Source: Actinomycetota bacterium (lineage in GTDB: Bacteria > Actinomycetota > UBA4738 > HRBIN12). From it: 43,867 nt of DNA. Position numbers and translations under genes: made by a program. The notes beneath the pieces are model-generated. The model did not search any database, was not told the DNA's origin, and was given only the letters and a program-made list of their open reading frames with translations. The stretch is taken from the NCBI GenBank assembly GCA_036520695.1, contig DATDJD010000095.1:1-43867 (forward strand), written 5' to 3'. Positions 32,678-39,319 of this stretch are shown piece after piece; position 1 is the stretch's first letter; the number at the start of each line of letters is the position of its first letter.

Positions 32678-34555
32678 TTGGACCTCCATCTGACGGACGC
32701 ACGGGCCACCGATGACGAACGGGCCGCGGTCGATGGCCTCCTCGGCCCACCGAACAGCTCGTGGGATGGCGCTGCCGTACGGTCCGAGTTCGACCATCGG
32801 GTGGCCAGGGCCGGTAAGGACGCTCGTGGTCAGCGCGACCTCCTGTTGCCCACGCTGCACGCGTTGCAGGCGGGCGTGGGGTGGATCAGCCCCGGCGGTC
32901 TCAACTACGTCAGTGAGCGACTCACCGTGCCGCCTGCCGAGGCCTACGGGGTCGCCACCTTCTACGCCATGTTCAGCGTCGAGGAACGCCCGACGACCGT
33001 CGTGCATGTGTGCGACGACCTCGCGTGCCGGCAGGTGGGTGGTGCCGAGATCCTGTCCCGACTCGAGGGTTCGCAGGCTCATGCGGTGGCGAGCCCCTGT
33101 CTCGGGCTGTGCGAACACGCGCCGGCAGCCTTGATCCAAGTGGCAGGGTCGAAGGCGTCTGACGCCTCGGTGGCGCCGATCACGCCGGAGATCGAAGGGC
33201 TCCTCGCCGCCGGTGGTGCCGCCGCCGGTGATACCCGAGGGGTCAACGATCCTCAGGCCCCTGACTCGCTCCGTCTGCTGCGGCGGGTCGGCGTCGTCGA
33301 CCCGACCTCGATCGACGACTATCGGGCGCATGGCGGGTACGAGGCGCTCCGTCTCGCGCTCGAACACGGCCCGGAGTGGACCCTTCGAGAGATCACCGAC
33401 GCGAAGTTGATGGGTCGCGGGGGCGCGGCGTTCCCGACCGGCGTGAAATGGAAGGCGGTCGCCGAACAGCCGGTGCACCCGCACTACTTCATCTGCAACG
33501 CCGACGAATCCGAGCCCGGCACCTTCAAGGACCGCGTCGTGATGGAGCAGGACCCGTTCGCGGTCATCGAAGCCCTCACGATCGCCGGCGTCACGACCGG
33601 GTGCGAGCTGGGCTACGTGTACATCCGGGGTGAGTACCCGTTGGCGACCCAACGCCTGGAACTCGCGATCGCCGAGGCTCGTCATCACGGGTTCCTCGGC
33701 GAGGACGTGATGGGCCACGGTGCCACCTTCGACATCGAACTGCGACGCGGCGCGGGTGCCTACATCTGCGGCGAGGAGACGGCGCTGTTCAACTCGCTGG
33801 AAGGCAAACGTGGTGAACCGCGGAACAAGCCTCCGTTCCCCGTGCAACGAGGGGTGTTCGGCAAACCCACCGGCATCAACAACGTCGAGACTCTGATCAA
33901 CGTGCTCGAGGTGCTGCCCATGGGCGGCCAGGCGTACGCGGAACTCGGCACCGAAGGATCGACGGGGCCACGGCTGTTCTGCCTGTCCGGCGCGGTGACC
34001 TCGCCGGGTGTGTACGAGTTCGAACATGGCACCACGCTGGGAGAGGTCATCGAGGCGGCGGGTGGTGTCCGCGACGGCAAGCAGCTGAAGGCGGTGTTGC
34101 TCGGTGGCGCCGCGGGGGGGTTCGTCGGGCCTGACCGTCTCGACGTGCGCTTGACGTTCGAGGATGCACGCGCCGGGGGCTACACCCTGGGGTCGGGGGT
34201 CGTGATGGTCTTCGACGAAGACGCGGATCTGACCGATGCGTGCCTGCGCATCGCGCGGTTCTTCCGCGATGAATCGTGCGGCCAATGCGTGCCGTGTCGT
34301 GTCGGCACCGTGCGGCAGGAGGAAGCGCTCCATCGCTTGGTGCAGGGTCGCCTGCTCGGCACCACGCAGGACGAGCTGCGGTTGCTCGAAGATGTGGCCC
34401 AGGTGATGCGGGACGCGTCGATCTGCGGCCTGGGCCAGACCGCCGCCAACGCGATCCAGTCGGCGATCGCATCGCTCGGCGTGTTCGGTGGCGACGCCGG
34501 CGATACGCTCGACGGTGACGCGGTGCCCACCGCGACCGAGGAACAGGAGTCGTAG
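32678..34555 (+). CDS. NuoE-like (2Fe-2S) / NuoF-like (FMN, NAD, 4Fe-4S) fusion, the diaphorase subunit of NAD-dependent formate dehydrogenase (FdsG-FdsB-type)
   Basis: The N-terminus LLPTLHALQAGVGWISPGGLNYVSERL...VCDDLACR...SPCLGLCEHAP is NuoE-type. It is followed by GRGGAAFPTGVKW...ICNADESEPGTFKDR...GAGAYICGEETAL...ESCGQCVPCRVG...ICGLGQ, which is NuoF-type. The TTG start is preceded by GGAGG at 4 nt. Confidence 0.88.
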   Translation: MDLHLTDARATDDERAAVDGLLGPPNSSWDGAAVRSEFDHRVARAGKDARGQRDLLLPTLHALQAGVGWISPGGLNYVSERLTVPPAEAYGVATFYAMFSVEERPTTVVHVCDDLACRQVGGAEILSRLEGSQAHAVASPCLGLCEHAPAALIQVAGSKASDASVAPITPEIEGLLAAGGAAAGDTRGVNDPQAPDSLRLLRRVGVVDPTSIDDYRAHGGYEALRLALEHGPEWTLREITDAKLMGRGGAAFPTGVKWKAVAEQPVHPHYFICNADESEPGTFKDRVVMEQDPFAVIEALTIAGVTTGCELGYVYIRGEYPLATQRLELAIAEARHHGFLGEDVMGHGATFDIELRRGAGAYICGEETALFNSLEGKRGEPRNKPPFPVQRGVFGKPTGINNVETLINVLEVLPMGGQAYAELGTEGSTGPRLFCLSGAVTSPGVYEFEHGTTLGEVIEAAGGVRDGKQLKAVLLGGAAGGFVGPDRLDVRLTFEDARAGGYTLGSGVVMVFDEDADLTDACLRIARFFRDESCGQCVPCRVGTVRQEEALHRLVQGRLLGTTQDELRLLEDVAQVMRDASICGLGQTAANAIQSAIASLGVFGGDAGDTLDGDAVPTATEEQES

Positions 34556-34557
34556 CG

Positions 34558-35547
34558 ATGGCCTCCGCCGTGCCCCTGGAACCGCCGCGCCGGCTGTTCA
34601 CGATGGAGGTCGACGGCACCGAGGTGCGGGTCGCTGACGGCGCCACGATCCTGGACGCGTGCCGTGCCCTCGAGGTCGACACGCCCACGTTGTGTTTCGC
34701 CGACAACCTCACGCCGGTCAACGCCTGTCGCGTGTGCGTCGTCGAGGTCGAAGGCGCCCGGACGCTCGTGCCTGCGTGCAGCCGCAAGGCCGAAGACGGC
34801 ATGAAGATCAAGACGGACACCGAACGCGTCCAGCACTCCCGCAAGCTGGTGATGGAGATGCTCGCGAGCAGCGTCGAGATGGAGCTCACGAGCCCCGATG
34901 TGCACCGGTGGATGGAGGACTACGAGGTCCACCCCGAACGCTTCGGGGCGCAGATGGATCCGTTGCCCGCGGGGGAGCGAGACGATCGCGAGCCCGGTCA
35001 CCACCACGACCCCACCGACCCCACGGTCGCCGAGGGTGTCCATCAGCCGATCAAGATCGACAACGAGCTGTACGTGCGCGACTACTCGCGCTGCATCCTC
35101 TGCTACAAGTGCGTCGAAGCCTGCGGTGTCGACGCACAGAACACGTTCGCGATCGCGGTGGCCGGGCGAGGGTTCGACGCCCGGATCTCAACGGAGTACG
35201 CGGTGGGCCTCGACGAGAGCGCGTGCGTCTACTGCGGCAACTGCATCGGGGTGTGTCCCACGGGGGCACTGATGTTCACGAGTGAGCACGAGCACCGTGA
35301 AGCCGGCACGTGGAACGAGGACGAACAGACCGTGACGAACACGATCTGTCCGTATTGCGGGGTGGGATGCGAGTTAGAGCTGCACGTGCAGGACAACGAG
35401 ATCGTCAAGGTCACCTCGCCCGCGGACCATTCGGTGACGAGCGGGCACCTCTGCATCAAGGGACGGTTCGGCTTCGCGTTCGTGCAATCGCGCAAGGGTG
35501 ACGATCCTTTGGCTCGCAAACGAAGGGCCCGGAAGGAGCGCGACTAG
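34558..35547 (+). CDS. Fe-S polypeptide corresponding to the N-terminal third of a NuoG-type formate dehydrogenase alpha subunit (2Fe-2S, ferredoxin-type 4Fe-4S clusters and the Mo-bisPGD-type 4Fe-4S FS0 motif)
   Basis: TLCFADNLTPVNACRVCVVEV is the 2Fe-2S motif. CILCYKCVEACG and CVYCGNCIGVCPTGAL are 4Fe-4S motifs. TICPYCGVGCELELHV...GHLCIKGRFGFAFV is the MopB N-terminal cluster. The protein then ends in a basic tail, SRKGDDPLARKRRARKERD. Confidence 0.85.
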   Translation: MASAVPLEPPRRLFTMEVDGTEVRVADGATILDACRALEVDTPTLCFADNLTPVNACRVCVVEVEGARTLVPACSRKAEDGMKIKTDTERVQHSRKLVMEMLASSVEMELTSPDVHRWMEDYEVHPERFGAQMDPLPAGERDDREPGHHHDPTDPTVAEGVHQPIKIDNELYVRDYSRCILCYKCVEACGVDAQNTFAIAVAGRGFDARISTEYAVGLDESACVYCGNCIGVCPTGALMFTSEHEHREAGTWNEDEQTVTNTICPYCGVGCELELHVQDNEIVKVTSPADHSVTSGHLCIKGRFGFAFVQSRKGDDPLARKRRARKERD

Positions 35548-36172
35548 TCTGGTACAGACTAGTGGAACCACGCGCGGCGTCGGGGCGACCGGCATCGTCC
35601 TGGCAGGTGGGCGTTCCCAGCGGTTCGGCTCGGACAAGCTCGTGGCTCCCTACCGGGGAGCACCGCTACTGGATCATGCTGTCCTGCGGCTCGCGGAGTG
35701 CACGCGTGAAGTCATCGTCGTACTCGCCCCCGAGGGCGTGGAGCCGTCCTTCCCTCCGGGTGTGTCGGTGCGCACGGTCCGAGACGCCATCGCGGACCAG
35801 GGACCCCTGGAAGGTGTCCTCGCGGGGCTGGTTGCTGCCGGGTCGGATCTCGCGGTCGTGATCGCGGGAGACATGCCCGAGGTCTCGACCGCAGTGGCCA
35901 TGGAGATGCTTCGCGTGGTGGCCAACGACGCCACGGTCCAGGCCGTGACGCTGCAGGATGGCGATCGGTTCCGGCCGCTCCCGCTGGTGGTTCGCACCGG
36001 TCCCGCGCTGGAGGCGGCTCATGCTCTCCGCCATCGCGGTGAAAGGAGATTGCGGGCCCTTCCTGAGGCGCTGCGAACCGCGGTGATCGACGAAGGCACG
36101 TGGCATGGTCTCGACCCGGAACTCGGGACGGTGTGGGACATCGACGAGCCGAGTGACCTACGGGGCCAGTAG
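35498..36172 (+). CDS. mobA: MobA-like NTP transferase (molybdenum cofactor guanylyl/cytidylyl-transferase)
   Basis: GIVLAGGRSQRFGSDKLVAPYRGAPLLDHAVLRL and IAGDMPEV are MobA/MocA motifs. The start is uncertain. GTG 35498 gives a 50-nt overlap with the Fe-S gene. The only other in-frame candidate before the LAGG motif is CTG 35549, 10 nt after GGAAGGAG. Confidence 0.75.
   Translation: MTILWLANEGPGRSATSLVQTSGTTRGVGATGIVLAGGRSQRFGSDKLVAPYRGAPLLDHAVLRLAECTREVIVVLAPEGVEPSFPPGVSVRTVRDAIADQGPLEGVLAGLVAAGSDLAVVIAGDMPEVSTAVAMEMLRVVANDATVQAVTLQDGDRFRPLPLVVRTGPALEAAHALRHRGERRLRALPEALRTAVIDEGTWHGLDPELGTVWDIDEPSDLRGQ
35543..35563. repeat. Perfect 21-nt inverted repeat ACTAGTCTG-GTA-CAGACTAGT
   Basis: The 9-nt arms at 35543-35551 and 35555-35563 have no mismatch. 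It is AT-rich relative to the window. It covers the TAG stop (35545-35547) of the Fe-S gene. Confidence 0.9.
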
Positions 36173-36181
36173 CGTGTCGCG

Positions 36182-37021
36182 ATGACGCACGTCCAGCCAT
36201 GCTCGGTGGGTTCGTTCGAGATCTCGGTCATGTGCCAAGGGTTCGCACCGCTGGCGCTGTCCGATGAATGTCCCGGGCGCCAGGTCGACTGGGAGTCTCA
36301 GCGTCGTCGACATCCCTGGACTTTCCTCGATCTCGGCCACGACGGCGGGTCCTGGCAGTGGCACGTGCACGCGTTCGTGATCCGCGGACCCTCCAGCGTG
36401 GTGATGGTCGATACCGGCACCGGTTCATTCCCGCCTTTCGAGCCATGGGCCGAGTCGCGTCCCGCCGACCAGGCGTATGCCGATGCCGGCGTCGACCCGC
36501 GAGAGGTCGAGGTCGTCGTGATGACCCACCTCCATGCCGACCACGCGGGTGGGGGCCTCGCGAGCGACGGGGAGCCACGGTTCCCCAACGCGCGCTACGT
36601 CGTGCACCCGGCAGACTGGACGTTCTTCGAGGCCAGCGACGACCTGCAGGACTACACCGCGCGTCACGCGTTGGAACGTGTCCAGGAACTCGGCATGCTC
36701 GACATCACCGAGGATGATCGCGAGGTCATGGCCGGCGTCGCGGTGATGCACACCCCAGGCCACACGCCGGGGCACCGGAGCGTCGTCCTGACGGAAGGGG
36801 ATCGAACCGCGCTGCTCACCGGTGACCTGCTCCACCTGCCGATCCAAGCCGAGAACCCCACGTGGCTCTCGAGCCATGACGAGGATCCCGAAACCGGTGC
36901 GACTTCCAGGGCGCAGCTCCTGGGAACCGCTCGTGAACAGGGTTGGACGATCGGGGTCCCGCACTTCGCCGAACCTTTCGGGTCGCTCACGTCGCAGGGC
37001 TGGGTGCAGGGGCAGCGATGA
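36182..37021 (+). CDS. MBL-fold metallo-hydrolase
   Basis: VVMVDTGTG...VVMTHLHADHAGG (HxHxDH motif)...HTPGHTPGH are present. A TAGCGT hexamer lies 6 nt upstream of the ATG and overlaps the mobA stop. Confidence 0.85.
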   Translation: MTHVQPCSVGSFEISVMCQGFAPLALSDECPGRQVDWESQRRRHPWTFLDLGHDGGSWQWHVHAFVIRGPSSVVMVDTGTGSFPPFEPWAESRPADQAYADAGVDPREVEVVVMTHLHADHAGGGLASDGEPRFPNARYVVHPADWTFFEASDDLQDYTARHALERVQELGMLDITEDDREVMAGVAVMHTPGHTPGHRSVVLTEGDRTALLTGDLLHLPIQAENPTWLSSHDEDPETGATSRAQLLGTAREQGWTIGVPHFAEPFGSLTSQGWVQGQR

Positions 37022-37980
37022 CGGCGCGCGATGACGCACCCCAGGGGCGGCGGGTCGTGATCGCCCTCGGGGGGAACGCGCTCCTGCGCCGTGGCGCCGA
37101 GGACACGTTCGAGGAGATGTATCGAGCGTGTCGCGAAGCGGCTGAGCTGATCGCCGACATCGCGGCCATGGGGTGGGAAGTGGTCGTGACGCACGGGAAC
37201 GGGCCTCAGGTGGGACGCATCCTGCTTCAGCAGGAGGCCGCCAGTGATGCCGTCCACCCGATGCCGCTCGATGTGTGCGGCGCCGAGAGTCAAGGACAGA
37301 TCGGCTACCTGCTCCAGGTCACGGTCGGTGATGTCTTCTTCGAGCGCGAGATGGAACGACCGGTCGCGACCGTGCTCACGCTCGCCCGGGTTCGCCCGGA
37401 TGATCCCGCCTTCTCGAACCCCTCGAAGTTCGTGGGGCCCTTCTACGAAGAGGATGAGGCTCGACGATTGGAGTCCGAACGGGGATACATCATGAAGGCC
37501 GATCCACACGGCGGGTGGCGGCGCGTGGTGCCCAGTCCCAAGCCTTACTCGATCGTCGAGACGCCTATCGTTCGACAGCTGGTCGCCGACGGCGTAGTGG
37601 TGATCGCCGCTGGTGGGGGAGGGGTGCCGGTGATCGAAGACGGTCCGCGTCTGATCGGAAAAGAGGGCGTCGTGGATAAAGATCTCGCTGCCGCGATCCT
37701 GGCGACCGAGGTGGAAGCGTCCACGCTGTTGATCCTCACCGACGTGAAGAAGGTCCAGCGGGGCTACGGTTCGTTCATGCCAGAAGACATCGACCGGATG
37801 ACGGTGAAGGAAGCGACCGCGCTCCTGAAGAAGGGGGAGTTCGGTGCCGGATCCATGGGGCCGAAGGTGGAAGCGGCCGCGACGTTCGCACGGTCGGGTG
37901 GCCGTGCGGTGATCGCGGAACTCGCCGATGCACCTGCGGCGCTGGCAGGCGACACCGGCACCCAGGTAGTGAAGGGCTGA
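37018..37980 (+). CDS. arcC: Carbamate kinase
   Basis: From ATG 37018 the protein reads MTARDDAPQGRRVVIALGGNALLRRG...VVVTHGNGPQVG...ESQGQIGY...GGGGVPV...VDKDLAAA, which are the carbamate kinase motifs. An ATGA overlap with the MBL gene lies at 37018-37021. Confidence 0.88.
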   Translation: MTARDDAPQGRRVVIALGGNALLRRGAEDTFEEMYRACREAAELIADIAAMGWEVVVTHGNGPQVGRILLQQEAASDAVHPMPLDVCGAESQGQIGYLLQVTVGDVFFEREMERPVATVLTLARVRPDDPAFSNPSKFVGPFYEEDEARRLESERGYIMKADPHGGWRRVVPSPKPYSIVETPIVRQLVADGVVVIAAGGGGVPVIEDGPRLIGKEGVVDKDLAAAILATEVEASTLLILTDVKKVQRGYGSFMPEDIDRMTVKEATALLKKGEFGAGSMGPKVEAAATFARSGGRAVIAELADAPAALAGDTGTQVVKG

Positions 37981-37992
37981 GTTCCGCCCTCG

Positions 37993-38178
37993 CTACGGTC
38001 CCTCGCCCGGTCTGCGGCCCGGGTTCCTGAACTGATTGACGATGAGGTAGAGCGCGAACACGCCGACCGCAGCGACCAGCAGTGCCAGGAGGCCGACGAA
38101 GAACTTCTCCAGGAAACCAGGCATCTCGGGCCAGAAGGACGCGAGCACGGGGGTGGCGACGAAGCTCATCACGTCCAT
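37993..38178 (-). CDS. Small (58-61 aa) membrane protein, hypothetical
   Basis: This is the C-terminal end of track ORF 37993..39327, whose remainder is antisense to pfkA. MDVMSFVATPVLASFWPEMPGFLEKFFVGLLALLVAAVGVFALYLIVNQFRNPGRRPGEGP has one strong TM helix and very high G/C at third positions. The start is ATG 38178 or ATG 38169. Confidence 0.5.
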   Translation of the reverse strand: MDVMSFVATPVLASFWPEMPGFLEKFFVGLLALLVAAVGVFALYLIVNQFRNPGRRPGEGP

Positions 38179-38238
38179 CCTACCGAACGGGTGCGGGGGC
38201 CTCCCGAGTGCGGCCCGGGCCGCGGGTAGGGTGGATGC

Positions 38239-39267
38239 ATGCGACTGGGCATCCTTACCGGCGGCGGCGATTGCCCTGGTCTGAACGCGGTGATCAGAGC
38301 TTCGGTCCGCAAAGGCATCGGCGAGCACGGCCACTCGTTCGTGGGCTTCCGTGATGGGTGGCGAGGCGTCATGGACGACGAGGCCATCGAGATCGGCATA
38401 CCCGAAGTCACCGGCATCCTTCACCGCGGTGGCACCATCTTGGGGAGCTCCGGCGTGAATCCGATGCGGGTTGACGATGGTCCGGCGAAGGTCCAGGCCA
38501 CCTTCGAACGCCGTGGGCTCGACGGGCTGATCGCGATCGGAGGCGAAGGGACGCTGGGCGCTGCCGCCCAGCTCGCCGAGGAGGGCCTGCGGGTGGTTGG
38601 GGTGCCGAAGACGATCGACAACGACCTGGGCGGCACCGACATCACCGTGGGCTTCCACACGGCGGTGCAGGTGGCGACCGATTCGATCGATCGATTGCAC
38701 TCGACGGCCGAGAGTCACGATCGCGTCATGTTGGTGGAAGTGATGGGCCGCCATGCGGGGTGGATCGCGGTCTACGCCGGCATGGCCGGCGGCGCCGACG
38801 TCATCTTGATCCCCGAGCAGCCGTTCGATATCGATGAGGTGTGCCGGCGACTCCGCATGCGCCACATGCGACGGAGCTCCTTCTCGATCGTGGTGGTGGC
38901 CGAAGGGGCGATCCCTGCCGAAGGCACCCTCCTCCTGCCAGAAGCCGACCTGGACGAGAACGGATTCCCGCGTCTCGGGGGTGTCTCGACGCACATCGCG
39001 CCCGAGATCGAGCAGCGGACAGGGTTCCAGACCCGTGTCACGATCCTGGGCCACGTCCAACGGGGCGGCTCGCCGGTGGCCTTCGACCGTGTCTTGGCGA
39101 CCCGCATGGGTCTCGGTGCAGTCGCTCTGGCCAACGCAGGAGGATGGGGACGGATGGTGGCTCGCCGTGCTCAGGAGATCATCGATGTGCCGCTGGTGTC
39201 GGCCGTCGCGGAGCGGAAGCTCGTGCCGCTCGAGCTCTATCGTGAGGCCGAGGTCTTCTTCGGGTAG
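38239..39267 (+). CDS. pfkA: 6-phosphofructokinase (actinobacterial PfkA clade)
   Basis: MRLGILTGGGDCPGLNAVIR, IGGEGTLGAA, VGVPKTIDNDL and MGRHAGWIA are PFK motifs. A TAGGGT hexamer lies 6 nt upstream of the ATG. Confidence 0.92.
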   Translation: MRLGILTGGGDCPGLNAVIRASVRKGIGEHGHSFVGFRDGWRGVMDDEAIEIGIPEVTGILHRGGTILGSSGVNPMRVDDGPAKVQATFERRGLDGLIAIGGEGTLGAAAQLAEEGLRVVGVPKTIDNDLGGTDITVGFHTAVQVATDSIDRLHSTAESHDRVMLVEVMGRHAGWIAVYAGMAGGADVILIPEQPFDIDEVCRRLRMRHMRRSSFSIVVVAEGAIPAEGTLLLPEADLDENGFPRLGGVSTHIAPEIEQRTGFQTRVTILGHVQRGGSPVAFDRVLATRMGLGAVALANAGGWGRMVARRAQEIIDVPLVSAVAERKLVPLELYREAEVFFG

Positions 39268-39319
39268 ACAGCACCGGGCGGCCGGGCAAGCGATGCCGGA
39301 GCGCCGGTAGAATCCGCGC

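Noticed and set aside
31451-34333. A 960-aa ORF on the minus strand spanning the FDH catalytic and NuoEF-like genes
   Set aside because: It is exactly antisense to two genes with unambiguous family motifs. It has no motifs of its own and an Arg/Gly/Pro/Asp-rich composition typical of stop-poor antisense frames in high-GC DNA.
38210-38223. The 14-nt perfect palindrome GCGGCCCGGGCCGC just upstream of the pfkA -10
   Set aside because: It is pure G/C. Palindromes of this size and composition are expected by chance in such a genome, and there is no supporting context.
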